NCBI GenBank assembly: GCA_965655095.1 | Contig: OZ296652.1 | Span: 15,004,001 to 15,068,000, forward strand | Origin: Haplodiscus bocki | Taxonomy: Eukaryota | DNA length: 64,000 bases | Direction of reading: 5' to 3' | Shown here: in pieces, positions 11,370 through 24,300 of the stretch | Position numbering within the stretch: position 1 is the stretch's first letter | Layout: each line of letters starts with the position of its first letter | The notes under the pieces: model-generated | What the model was told of the DNA's origin: nothing | The model's database searches: none | The model's input: the letters and a program-made list of their open reading frames with translations, nothing else | Translations under genes and position numbers: made by a program

Positions 11370-13259
11370 GTGATGATTGTCTTTCAGTCCTCTCCGATCC
11401 AGAAGACGACTTCCAACCCCCTACGCCTTCTGGTTTGGATCTCCCCACTACCTCTGTCGTCACCTTTCTATCTCCTATCTGGCCTCCCGCGAAAATACCT
11501 TCTAATCCAGCTTCGCCTGACGAGACGCCTGCTTCACCTTCACAACCTACTAACAATCCCACAACTACAGTCTCAGACGTCGCTTCTCCCCCCTCAACTG
11601 GATTACAGTTCTCAATTTCGCTCCGTGAAAACAATCAACCTAAACCTACAGACGGACTTCCTCCGTTTAGCTCCTTCCTATCTGACGTTCGACCCCTTCT
11701 CTCGCGCCCCAATCGTCTCGAACTTCAGCCAGATCAGTCTATTCTTGGACGCCAACATCGCCGTGAATAATATACAAACCACACACGCAGAACAAAACGA
11801 CCCCGTTTCGATCAGAAATTACAATACAGTCTCAAACAAGATTTCTCCACATGGGAAATAATCTTTTGGGATAGCCGACGCCAAGAATACACAATTCAAA
11901 GCACATCTCTCCCTTCTCAACGATTGGTAGTTCCTCCACAGGCGATCACTGCATTTCCCCGCTGATGTCGCTAAACCCTCCGGCGCCAGCCTTCCTTCCT
12001 CAATTTCAAACTTCCTATGACCCACCTACTTCACTGGGCAACTCTACTACAATGAGCTTCCCCTTGGCTCAATTATTTTGCAGAATGCCTCCACAATTCT
12101 TTCCACCTCAGGCTCCTTCTATTAACCATCACATCACTGATGGCACGTTCCTCCTCCCTTCTCTCCAGCTGACAAGTCAGTCTAAGCCGAATGCGGCAGT
12201 TCATCAATCAACTCCTGAATTTTCAGCTCTTTTGTCTTCACCTCTACTACATCAAGCTAATTGTCTCCAGGCTATTCAGAAGACTGTCCAACAGCTTAAC
12301 CAACAATTGAAGGCAGAAAACCTAGACAGACAGGCATTACAACTCATTACCCTTCAACTGCAAAATGACTTCGCCTTATTGCGCTATTTGCTCTTCTCCG
12401 ATGAGGATACTGCCGCTACAGACTTCGCTCCCAGTCCTCTCATTAACCCTACCCTAACCCTAACCCTACTTCTTCTGCTTCCATACTACCTTGCACTGAT
12501 GACGCAAGACTTCGTCATTCTACCCCGGTGGGCGCTGTGGGACCATCCAGAGCGAAAACAAACAAATCTGCAAACGCTGATTTCCAACCCCCACCCAAAA
12601 CGCAGGAAGTTCCTTCAACTGCGGTGCAGAACCTCGCATCTAGAATTGGTAAACTTGAAAAAATGTTCGCCGATGAAATAACAACGTACACATCCATCAC
12701 TGCGGGGATCCATTCCCAATGTTTTTTCCTGTATGATAAAATTCGCCCGCTTGAACCCGGCAATTCAGATGCTATCCTCTGGAAAATTCCCTAAGTGAAG
12801 TTTGTCTTTGACTCCGCAAAAAAAACTCAACCATCATCTGACCCCCTCATTGAACCGGCAACAAGTTTTAGTAGTCCTATCTTCAGGACTCATCCCCATG
12901 GATACCAATTTTTCATCAATTTCTATCCTTATGGTATTGGACCCGCTACGGGCAAGTGTGCTTCAATACTATTCACCCTCTTCCCTGGCGATTACGACAA
13001 TCTCCTCAAATGGCCCTTCTCAAAGCTCATCCACATTGGTATTCGAGATCAACTAGACCCAATGAACACCTGGATGAAGACAATCCAACAAGATCAAGAC
13101 CCAGCCTACAAGAAGCCCACAATGTCAACAAAAACTGAAGCCGCAATAGTCCTAATTAATAACTTTATTCCTCACTCCAAACTCTTTAGCGAAACTGAAG
13201 GTTTTCTAATTGATGGTGCGAGTTTTATAGAGATCAAATTTCTGACCCTCCTGTGCTGA
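11370..13259 (+). pseudogene. TRAF-like gene: P/S-rich N-terminus, coiled coils, C-terminal TRAF-C (MATH) domain
   Basis: ILWKIP...FSSPIFRTHPHGYQFFINFYPYG...ASILFTLFPGDYDNLLKWPFSKLIHIGIRDQ...YKKP...FIPHSKL...FLIDGASFIEI is the canonical TRAF MATH pattern. In-frame TAA at 12792-12794; frameshifts upstream; start approximate. Confidence 0.88.
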
Positions 13260-13327
13260 AACCTCAAACACAAACCTCACTCCTTTTCCCTTTCCCATAG
13301 AGACCCACAATCATTTTCACTTCCCTT

Positions 13328-13338
13328 TGAGCGGGGTG
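13328..13338 (+). promoter_or_regulatory. Polypurine tract of element 1
   Basis: GAGCGGGGTG directly before AGTTAT and just after the last ORF. Confidence 0.6.
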
Positions 13339-14894
13339 AGTTATCGCGTTACACATAACGCTTAAACGTTAATTGAAACATGATTAATTAATTAAAACTA
13401 ACCTTTCTGAGGGGCAGCAGGAATATTAGAAAGAAATGTAAAAAAGCTGTTGGAATAAAAGGAACCGTTGGAGTTGCATGAATATTTTTTATACAAAAAT
13501 TTCTAACGAGAGTTTTTTTCCTATTGGCTCCAGCTGCCAACCAGGCATGGTAAAATTCAATTTTTATTGGTGGCATGAAATGGCAGCATGCTGTTGTTTT
13601 GGAGTCGATCTGAGGAACGGACTCGATCATTATTCACTTTCCCGTTTAAGCGGACGGGACTCCTTACTCCTCTTCTGACTTGCTTTACTTTACTCTCCTT
13701 CTTTACTTGGACAAAATTATTCTAAGTCCAACTCTCTCTCCCTTTTTGCCTTTTTGGACAAAAATTTTCTAAGTCCAAAATTCTCTTCTCTCTTGGACTA
13801 TAATTTTCCAAGTCCAACTTCAATTCTGCAAAAATATTCTAAGACAATTTCAAGTTGTGTCTTAGTCAAATTCCAATTCCATCTCATCGAAAAAATTGTA
13901 AGACCATTCCAAATTCTGACTTAGTCAAATTCCAATTTCATTTCAACAAAAATATTCTAAGACAATTTCAAATTATGTCTTTGCTAAATTTCCCTCTTGC
14001 TTACTTACTCTATACTCTTGCCATCGGGGTATAAACGGTGTCCACTGATGCTAGCTTCGGTAATAACGTGTACGGATTCCGCTGACGAGCTCCGGTTCTG
14101 AAGCATGAGTGGATCTTAAACAGCATGACCACCTACGAGGTTCCTAGGCAAAGAGAATTGACATTACTCATAGATCAAATCTCACCTCGTCTGCTTCCGT
14201 GGTCTTTAGAAATTATTCTAAATTCCGAGTTACGGATTAAATACGCAGAAACCGTCCATTCCTGATTCAAATAATTCCATTTTTTACATTGATTTCAAAT
14301 TTTCTCATTCAATTTCTTCGCAAGTCAGATCCATAAGAGGAGAGTCCCAGAGTTACCCGCAGATCATCCAACTCCATCTACGGTATCTGTTAGTCAAAGG
14401 GTTTCCTAGTTCAGAATGAGTATATCTCTCTGATCAGTTCTAATATTTTATAAATCCCTTCCGTAAAATCCGCTAGATAAAACTCTCGGTTGGAAAGAAA
14501 GGGAACTAAGAGAACATTACCAGGTTGCCGTTATGAACGAGCTTTCGTCTGAGTACTAGATAAAATCTAAAACAACACAAACCCCACCAATAAATCCGCT
14601 GGTTTATTCACGGTTTGGAAATTCGGGGAAATCAAGTAGGAAAACCAACCCGTAGACGGCGAATTGCCAGTTACGGAGTGTAGACAAAAGACTAAAAGTA
14701 TATATATGACATAAGATTAACAGCTAAGGAAAAAGGAATTGACGAAACTTAGCTCTATTACTGAAATAATGCCAGAAAAATAGAAGAACCAAGTTCTTCT
14801 TCCTGGCTAAAATAAAAGAAACATTAGCCTAGATCATTCTATCGTTTGTTAACATATCCAAAAAAAAATTGGGAGTTTCCTTTCTTTTATAACT
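13339..14894 (+). repeat. Putative 3' LTR of element 1 (~1.55 kb, AGTTAT...ATAACT termini)
   Basis: Begins AGTTAT after the PPT; inverted ATAACT at 14889-14894 (alternative at 15075-15080); non-coding; contains AATAAA. The 5' LTR is not in the window, so this cannot be confirmed. Confidence 0.55.
13707..13990 (+). repeat. Array of palindromic repeats in the LTR: 3x TTGGAC-N13-GTCCAA, then 3x ~59-bp units with a CTAAGAC...GTCTTAG-type stem
   Basis: Hairpins at 13707-13731, 13754-13778 and 13793-13817; units start at ~13831, ~13891 and ~13949. Confidence 0.85.
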
Positions 14895-17303
14895 ATCGTA
14901 CATTTTGGTCTTTTGAAAATTTAACGTCGGTTGTATTTTGGATGGATTTCATTTACAAATCTGTAAATCTTTATGATTTTTAAATTTAATTCAGATCAGA
15001 TTCTAATCCTGATCTTTTCTGGATATTACTCCTAATAAATCTTCGCGAACGCTGAGCTGGAGTAAAGGAATTTTATAACTTTTAATAATTCTCCAGTAAC
15101 TGCTGTTGCTAATATTTTGACGGGGATATTAAATTTCTTACCATCTTCATTTCTAGCACGGAGACGTCAATTAACTACCCTATGGTGCAGTCTCTTTTTC
15201 TCTTCTATTGCACATAGCTACCTTTTTTTGTGGCTGACTGAATAATTGACTATTTCATTTTCTATCTTCCTTTCATCGCTCGCAAAGTCCTTGCTACTGA
15301 ACTTACGCACTTTTTGTTCGCGGAGCCAGCAAGGCAAGGAAACAGAGGGATAAGAGCTCTAGAAACTCGTTCTGGTTATTAACAAAATAATTCAAGTGTG
15401 ATGGCAGCTGCCTGAATGGCGCCCGGTCACGCACCATTTTAAATGAGAAAGAAAATTAGAATTAAAAAATATTACCAATTTCAACCTCTATCTCTCTCTT
15501 TTTTTTAACTACCATGCTCTGCGACAGTACCAAAGAATAGGCAAAAAGGAACATGAACGGTATGACTAATAATATCGTGTCCCTGGTGGGCCGTCAAGCA
15601 AATTTAACAAACTAGCTGGAATTGCCAGTTCGGCAGCACTGGAAAAGCTGTAGCAGGAAAAGATCTTGATAATCCTTTAACCCTAAAACTCCAGTTCGAA
15701 CTACTAGTTGTCAATACTTTTAGACTTAGTGTCCGCAGCCGTACCTTGGAGCAGTTTTATAGATCTTTTAAAGGTACCAGCGTTACAACAAGGAACAACG
15801 GGAACACTCCAGCTCAGGTTAATATAAACAGCCGCAGCTTAGTGTGTGGTTATCATGACCAATATAAGTCATCACCAGGTAAGTAGTCAACGCAGGGTTA
15901 TGAATTCGTTAGACTTGCAACAATGGGCGCGGTCATCTGCCGCTCTGTGGTGCGCCTCTAACAGAAAGTTACAAACGTGATCTCTGCCACAGACGGTCCA
16001 AAAACTGCAATAATGGTACTTTCGGAATTGCCTCTATTTTCCTGAACTATAAACAGAAAAGGAAAAATTTCACTAAGCCGCAAAAAATGTGGGACATTGT
16101 CTCACAACATTATTAGCTGAATTTGATTGTTTTTTGGGTTCAAGTTAGTGCGGAGATTCGTCGTGAAATGTTGAGTTTTCAGGTAATGGGCTCACCGTTG
16201 ACATGTATTGTAACTGTCAGGGCCTATCAATAAATGTCAATCAAAATAACAGTGCATGAGTAAACAAAAACAATTTCAGCATGGGTATTTCATGAGGAGT
16301 CCGAAACCGAGCGGAAGAGTAATTTTGGCTTGAAATGGGCTCAAGGAACTAACGATTGTGAAAAATATTGATTCCTGCTCTTTTTGCCTGATTTTTACGT
16401 CGTCGTAACTTGAACCAGTTTTTAGCAGGTTTGCCATTGTCCATATTGTTTAGATTTGTGAAATGCATGTTTGAAAAACTAAGGTCCCGAACCAATCGAA
16501 TCCACGAAATGGCAATGTGAAATAGGAAAGTTCTGCGAAACGCCAAACTGAGTAATGCATCTGCAAGAAAATTTTGAGGTCTTTCAAGCAGTTTGTTACA
16601 TATGGCAGCTGATGGTGCCCCCTGTACTTTTCTGCAAAGGGGTAAGATGAGCATGATGTGTCTTTAGGGTCACGCTGGCACTTAGAAGGCATTTGTTTGG
16701 CGACTGCAGGCCCATGGTTTTCTGAGTTACCCGGACGCTCGATAGTTATTTGAGACCAAAGGATGTGAAGCTGCTCCCCAGTTTCATGAACAATTAACAA
16801 GCTGAGCCTTTGATTTATGCACCTCTCGGGCAACTGCCAGAAATCTAGTTTCCAAGACGTGGCCCATGTTTGTTATCTTCCTGATTTTTAAGGCTGCATG
16901 ATCATGCGATAGGGAGCAGTATACGAAGTCTGAAGAGGATATTTTGAAAAATTTTAGGGCAAACTATTAACTAAATTAATTGATTTCTGACTGATGGTTA
17001 AATAATTTTTATGTGAAAAGCCATGAAACAAGTTTTCGGGTTCGACATCATTCGCAAATCCACACTCGAGTTTCGCTAGTGAGAAAAAAACATTTTCAAG
17101 ACAGCTGCCCGTCCTCTTCTGAACAAACAGATATACATACCACTGAAAAAAGCAAGTTTCTCATAAATATCAAAGCTAAATGAGCGTTTTCGGAAATTGG
17201 GCATTTGCCTCGTGCCTTTCCAATTACTTCTATTTATCTCTACACTAATTCTCAACGCAATTCAGGACACTTTGTACGACAACACCATTGTTGATTTCGC
17301 TAT

Positions 17304-17759
17304 TCAATGGATATTCTCATGGCCGCAGAGACTCTGTTTCTGAACCCTTGTCACCATGTCGTGGCCAACTTCTGGGCCAGAGTTTTGTTTAGTCTGGCTG
17401 CGGAAGATGCCTGCTTCAGAATGAGAATCACTCTGGGAGTCGTCCTCATTCGTTCCCTGGTTTTCCACGTTTGTGTTCCGGAATGTTCCCGGAACGGTTC
17501 CGGAGTGCGTCCGTCTCTGTGGGTTCAAAAGAAATTCGTCTAATTTAGACAGAGCAGCCAAAATGCGGAACTCTGTCCTTCTGAAATCCTGTGACAGTTT
17601 TTGAGTGACTCTGCCTTCAATCTCCTCAGACACTTGTGTGATATATTCCTCGTTCATTCTAGGAACGGACGTGTTTCGTGACTGGCCGCTCCTAGGATGT
17701 TCTTTTTGTGTTTCTCTGGTAACGGCTGCCAACTTTTGTATTTTTCTCAACGTTGCCAT
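17304..17759 (-). pseudogene. Truncated ORF, probably the 5' ORF/gag N-terminus of another LTR-element fragment
   Basis: 151-aa ATG ORF with a helical segment (EEYITQVSEEIEGRVTQKLSQDF); upstream ...TTACT-TGGCG resembles an LTR end plus PBS on the minus strand (~17980); no catalytic motifs. Confidence 0.35.
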
Positions 17760-19287
17760 CTTTTTGAAGGGAAAATGCTACGCAGTTATGAAGACTGAAT
17801 TAGTTTTCATTTGTTTATCAACTTGAGATTATAACAAAAAAAGTTATTCTTCAGAATAAACAACTAGTCGCAATCACTACAGTCAACTGATAATCAAAAA
17901 GATATTAAAGATCTCTTCTTAGTACTTTCGTTTCTCCTATTTATACCTCTTCCTTGGAGGGAAACGTAATTGTTTACACGCCAAGTAAAGGTACAAAGTA
18001 GGGAAAAGTACTTTAATCATATTAAATACAAAAAAATAAGCCGACTCTAGCGGGAAATAAAAACCTTTCCGTCCATTTCTTCCTTTACAGACCGCGTCTC
18101 TTCCATCTTTGGACGGAAAAAATACGGGTATGATCCATCAGAAATTGATATCAAAGTTCCTATTCCCGCGCTGACATAATAAATAATAACTTAGACAAAT
18201 GATCAGAAAGATTTTCCATAAGAAGAAAGTATTCAAAAATGAAACACAATTAGGTAAAATACACTAAAATAATCATAGAAAATCATAATTACACGCTTGG
18301 TATTAGTATAGGGTCAATTAAAACCACTTTTGGAACAAAACTAGGCTTTTTACTAGTCCGTTCCATGTTACCACAGGCCGGTTCCTCAATTTGGCCAAAG
18401 CGTTCCGGAACGACTACGTGGCCGCTTGTAGCACTACTCAGTGTTACTCAGAAGAATGAATTAGGTGGCTACGTAACCGTTCCGTGTTTGTCCAAACTGA
18501 CACAGCATAAAAGCACAGCGGATTGGTTGAATTTCTATTGACGTCACCAAATCGGTAGCGACGGAAAGCGTACGGAACAAAAATATTCATTCCCAGTCTA
18601 CAGTAGCTACTAGGTAGGTACGTGTCCGTTCCGTAACAGTTCCGTCCCAATTTGGATCAGTAAACGGGATTGCTACGTATAAAATACGTAGAAGCTACAT
18701 GAACATTTACTGGGGAGTGATACGTGATTGATACGTATCAACTACATGTAAAGGCGTTGAAATATGAATGGAAATAGAAAAGTCTAAAGTTTTGATATAA
18801 TTTAATCTAATTTTCAGACGATCCGGGAATGTCCTTTTCTTGATTTACGCCGTAGGCTTGGCGGATATACTGCGACAGATATCTTCTCTTGAAAAAAACC
18901 GGCATCTTGGGAGACTGGTCAATGTAGAGTGGAATCAAACTGCAGCGTTCTGTGAACCACTCCATTTTTTGCCTCGTGCTAGGTTGAGCTGAAACAGGAA
19001 ACCAGACTATTTGATTGAAATGATTTAAGCGTCATCTGAACATAGCAGGGCCACAGCTGCTTTGCAGATTTCCGGTTTCTCGTTGATTGTGGCTCAGAAA
19101 AGAATAGCAGGGTTGCAGGCTCAGGTTACTCCGTTCATCACATGAACTATTTTCGGGGAATGACTACAAACTCTAACTGACACAATTGTTGAACTTTCCC
19201 ATGAGGAATTATTGAAAGAAGAAGCTTTGTCTGCTGAGTCTCATAGAATAGCTCATGAATCGGCATGCCTAAAGTTTAAAAACATTT

Positions 19288-19779
19288 TGTAACATTCCAT
19301 ATTTCCATCCGAATGCAAAGGCAAAATTCATATGAGGAGAGCGACCATTTAAACTCAAAACTATTAATCCTTTAATCAATTAATCTACCTTCAGTCATTG
19401 AATGAAGCCACATTCTTCCAGTGAACTTCAAACTTCAGAAGTTATCTTAGAGCCAGAATGACGCCTAATTTAGATAAAAATGTCAAATGACAGAAATAGC
19501 CAAAGAAAAGTGTTAACTCTTACCTTTAACCTCAGTACATTCAAAATTTGATACACAAGAAGCTGCAACTTAGCAGAGAAAAATTGATATAATAAATCTG
19601 CAAACTTACCATTGCTTCAATAGCTTCAACAGTTGAAGAACAGATCATTTGTAGCCATTGTAACCGCGGAACCTCGCATCCGAATTAAAATATCTTCTAC
19701 CCGGAAGAATTTGGAATACTAAATGCCCGCTTAGGCTTGAAAACTTTAAAATATTCAGAAGACGACGTACCAAATAATA
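19288..19779 (+). repeat. 5' LTR of element 2
   Basis: Colinear similarity to 40395-40823 plus 43400-43450 (e.g. TCTTCCAGTGAACTTCAAACT, AAATTTGATACACAAGAAGCT, AATAAATCTGCAAACT, GCGGAACCTCGCATCC). Confidence 0.85.
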
Positions 19780-19790
19780 TGGTGACAGTT
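19780..19790 (+). promoter_or_regulatory. Primer binding site of element 2 (TGGTGAC...)
   Basis: TGG immediately after the 5' LTR end, complementary to tRNA 3' CCA. Confidence 0.6.
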
Positions 19791-20285
19791 CATGTGCAAC
19801 AACGAGCTACATTGTGACCATCCACAACCACATCTGAATATCTGAACCAGTCGTGTAAAAAACAGAACAGCAGGACGAGCTTGACATACACTGGGAATTG
19901 AAAAATCCACTTCCATTGAATCCACGAACAATACCCTAACCTAACTAGAGTGAAAAAGACAAAAGATAAAGCTGAAAACGATTTTAGCTGCCCGTAAGTT
20001 TCAAAATTAGTTTATTCTCGGATAGTTTTAGAAGCAGTAACAATGATATTAGCGCTCAGATTGTTTTCAAACAGCTGGATACCATCATTTTCATTGAAAT
20101 CATCGTTTTAACTTAGAGCGCCGAAATATTATACTGATTTTTGATTAAAAACTCTTACATGTTCACGTTTTTTCTTTAACTGACTCATTTTGTCATTAAC
20201 TGTTTGGAAAGTTTTCCGACCCACTGAAATAAATCCGCAATACCAAAACTTCAGGAAATTTTGAAAAACTCGGCACTTAGTGAAA

Positions 20286-21366
20286 ATGGCCGCAGCAGCA
20301 GCTCAATCGACAGGAAGCATCCCAAATTGTGGAGGAGGCTCAACAGACAACTGGGCACAATTTGAATAATTATTCCATAGTTACGTAAAAGTTAGAGGAA
20401 TTGCTGAAGCACAACAAGTGGGATTTTTGAAGCTACACTTAAAACACTCAGCTTCACAATTTATCCCCATATTAGACCAAAACACAAGAGCAGACTTAGA
20501 ATTGACAAAAACAGCGGTTTAAAAACATTTTTTCAACCCGAGTTTGAAAAAATACATCATATCAACTTAGAAAAAACGAAATTTAATCACAAAACAGAAT
20601 CACCTGAAGAACTTCTACCTAAACTTCAAAAGTTAGCTCTGAAAGCTTATCCGGTACCAGTTGATCTACAAATGGCACCAGAAGATGGAAACACGCCAAA
20701 TTACCAGCATGAATTTGGTAGAAAAACACGAGAAAAACAATACAGACGAAATTTTTCACAAATAGAAACAGAAAGACATTAAATTCGTCTCTTCAAAAAA
20801 GCAATGCCAAAATTTATCGGACTAAAAGCTCTGGAGGAACCAGAAGATGCAGAAATTCAAGAATTATGAACAAAGGTATGACAAAAAATGATTCTTAGAG
20901 AATTATGTGCAGTTGACGATTGGTCAAGAGATGGATTTATTGAGATGAGATTCAATTAATGAGGATATTCCAGTAATCAAGGTTACCAATACTTTAAAAA
21001 CTATCAGAACAATCAAAATGAAGGATCAAAAAACTATCAAATTAACCAAAATGGCGGCAGATATGCTAAATTTTTCCCTCGGGGAAACTATCGAAGAAGA
21101 AAAAACTTTAGAAGTTGTAACAGGGGAAATTTTTCGAATAACTACAGCAATAACTTCAAAAGTAGCACTTTTCAGCAGGGATATCAAAACAAGGAAACAA
21201 CAATAAAATTTGAAAATTCAGGAGGACATATTAAAACTGTTGAGTTTTCACAAAACGTTTGCTACAGTTGTGGTTATTCAAACCATTCTTCCAGAAAGTG
21301 TGAAGCTAGAGGAAAAAGTAACTCAAAAAATGGACAAATACCAATCAATTCGCAACCCAAAACTAA
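20286..21366 (+). pseudogene. gag: gag of element 2 (degenerate)
   Basis: ATG GCC GCA... start; zinc knuckle CYSCGYSNHSSRKC at 21260-21301. Confidence 0.75.
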
Positions 21367-21399
21367 TTAAACCACACACGTCAGCCAGTCGAGATACAA

Positions 21400-24300
21400 A
21401 ATTCAATTTTATTCTGCACACCACAGACATTTTTTTGGAAACTTCAGAAAAAATGACGCACTCATAAAATACTTTCACCCAAATTATTCAGAGAAAAGGA
21501 GTTAGTCCGTTTAACGGATAAACCCTAATGCATACTCTGATTAAACTTGAAAAGAATATATGCAGAGGAGTCTTAATTGGCACAAGGGAACGCGCAAACG
21601 CAAGGCAAGCGGAATTTTAAAAAAACATTAGAAGAAGACTCCCTAATTCAATTTCCGCGTTGCCTCATTTTTGAATCTTGAAAGTAGCACCTGAGCGAAC
21701 AGTAAAAGTTTTGGCTCAACTGGATGCTAAAATCAATTTTAATGCCCACATTTGTCCAGACAGTTTCCCAATACTTCCTTCAGGGAACAGTGCTGTTATT
21801 GGCAACAACTTTTTCGAAAAACATAACATTGCAATCATTCCCGGAGAACATCTTTTGAAAGTGCCAGATATAACTTATCAGCTCATTAAGATAAACATTA
21901 CCAAGAAAAGAAGACGGAAATTTCAAAAAAGTCGATATCCACTTTATTTACACCAAAAAACATTTATCAACCCCCAAAAACAAGAAATCTTCCAAACAAT
22001 AATAGCATTTTCCAGTAGTCTCGAGGTACATACAGGAAATAGTAATTCACTTGAAGATTACGAAAAGAGTACGCAGTTGAGACTGTCTTCATCGGTTGAT
22101 ACGGCCAGAAAAGACAAAACGGTATCAATATTATTTCTTAATTTCAACGATCATTCCATGACATTCCTGAAAAACAAACGAGTAGCAGTTTTCCAAATCT
22201 TCTCCCCACAAGAGGAGGAATATTTGACAGAAATTGGACTATAACTACTAGCGCTAAACAGAACGAGAAACGGTGAACTTTTGAAACAAACAAATTAACA
22301 TTTAGGTGTTAGAAAAAACAATGGCATCCGACAACTAATACATCCACCACCGGAACACGACAAAATTTGGTTCCCTACGCCTGAATCACGTCAAAATTTT
22401 GAAAGTACACCTCTACCCCGGAGAAAAACTTTTGAGAAACTTTCTGAAATACAACAACGTGATTCATGAAACGCACAATCTAATGAAAACGATAAAAGCG
22501 CGTTCCGGAAACAGTTTGACTGGTCAAACTCATCACTGATTGCAGAGCAGATTTCCCAAATGCAAAATCTTTTGATCGAGTATTATGACTATTTTGCAAG
22601 ACATCGCATTGATGTTGGTTATAGTACCGAAATGAAAGTAAAGTTAACACCGGCACATGCTTTACGCGGTATGCTCAAATTCCGCCAAAACCAATTCATT
22701 TGGGAGATGACATTCGAGTCGCATTAGCCCAAATACAAAATTATTCAAGAGTCCCACTTTTACCGAACTCTAAATAGAGTAGACCATTGTGTGCAAAAAG
22801 AAAGCAATTGGGCAGATTGAAAATTTTGGTAGATTTGAGACAAGTGAACCACCGACTTGGAAATGATTTTTGTGATAACGACTTTCCGACATCGAATATG
22901 ACAGATGCTTTTCATCACTTCGGGCGGAAAACGTTGTTTACAAAGCTTGATTGTTCAAAAGCTTATCATTGTATACAAATGGCTCACCCCGAGTCATACC
23001 AACTCGTATCATTCAACTTCTCTTCTCGAACGTACGCCTACAAGAGATTAGCACAAGGATTAAACAAATCAGTGACTGGACACAGCTCAAATGTCAGATC
23101 TTAACTTGACTCTTGTCTGGCAGCTGATTTGTTTACACAGCTTATGAATGATATTGGAGGCAGAGTGCAAACATTTAAACATATGATCCCAAATCTTCGA
23201 CAAAAAATTGACTGTTTGACAAAATCTTGGCTAAGATTTACATCACAAACTTTTGAAATTGGAATGACCTGAATCATTTTTCCTGGCAATACAAAAACAA
23301 CTCAAGGGTTAAAACCTGAAACAGCAGAGATAGTAAAAGTTCTGAAAGCAATGAAATAATCAGCAACAGTCAAGCAACTTAAACAATTGGTAGGATTTGT
23401 CCTAATTATCCGCTCATTTTCAACAAACAAAGCACGAAGCTTAATGCCATCGTACAAAATACAAGATGTTGAATTTGAATTTTACGACGACCATTTGAAA
23501 AGCTTTGACACAATAAAAGCAATTTGTTACAAGCAACCAAAACGACTCAGCGACTGGCGAAACCAGGACAACAATACGTGATTTTGTGCGATGCTAGTTA
23601 CTGCAGCAGTAATTTTTTTCTCCCTTATAGAAGACTACCTAGTAGAAAAAGAAGGAAGGAAAAAACAAGTGTATGCACCAGTTTCATTTGGATGACAAAA
23701 ATTCAGTACAAGCCAGTTGAGATCGTCAACGCACTGTAAAAACTTCTTGGAACTATGCTTTGGTTTAAAACATTTCTTACACTTCAATTGGGGTACAGAA
23801 AAACCAGTGATAGTTTTGACTGACAACAAAAACTTAACAAGTTTTTCTAATCAGAATCGCTTCATCCATCGCGTTGGGTAGAAAAATCGCGTATAACATA
23901 GTCCTAGCACACATTCCTGAAAAAGCAACTGTTCTTGCAGCCTTTTCATCAAGAAATCAAACTAATCCTATTGAGAGTTTAGAACTTGAAGCAGTCGATT
24001 CGATTCCCATAGACCAAATAGAATTTGACATGAAAGCAGAAACACCCGATGCATCCATTGTGACAATAGAATCAATTGAAGAAAATTCAAAGAAAACCAA
24101 TGTACCTAAAGAACTACTTGAAAAAATTCAACCTAATGAATCAACATAAATGATTCCAAAATTGAAAGAACTATTACAACCAAGATCAGATGATCAAAAA
24201 TCGGAACTTCACGCTATCAAAGGAACAACCGAAATGAATCCAATTCAAGAAAAAGACACACTGAACTGTTTTGAAGTATCCAATTCAAATGCAAAAGCAT

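Larger units (their letters stand above)
1..14894 (+). mobile_element. Env-bearing Ty3/Gypsy LTR retroelement 1 (5' end outside window), with accessory genes
   Basis: PR-RT-RH-IN order (Gypsy type), followed by an env-like ORF, a PPT and an LTR-like region. Scattered stops and frameshifts. The right boundary is tentative. Confidence 0.9.

Noticed and set aside
12444-12468. Telomere-like (CCCTAA)n run
   Set aside because: Only ~3 imperfect units inside a P/N-rich coding region (NPNP); not an interstitial telomere.
13707-13990. CRISPR-like appearance of palindromic repeats with spacers
   Set aside because: Eukaryotic LTR context, short low-complexity spacers, diverging repeats, no cas genes.
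16349-16833. Two overlapping minus-strand ORFs
   Set aside because: No recognisable motifs, splice structure or element context.
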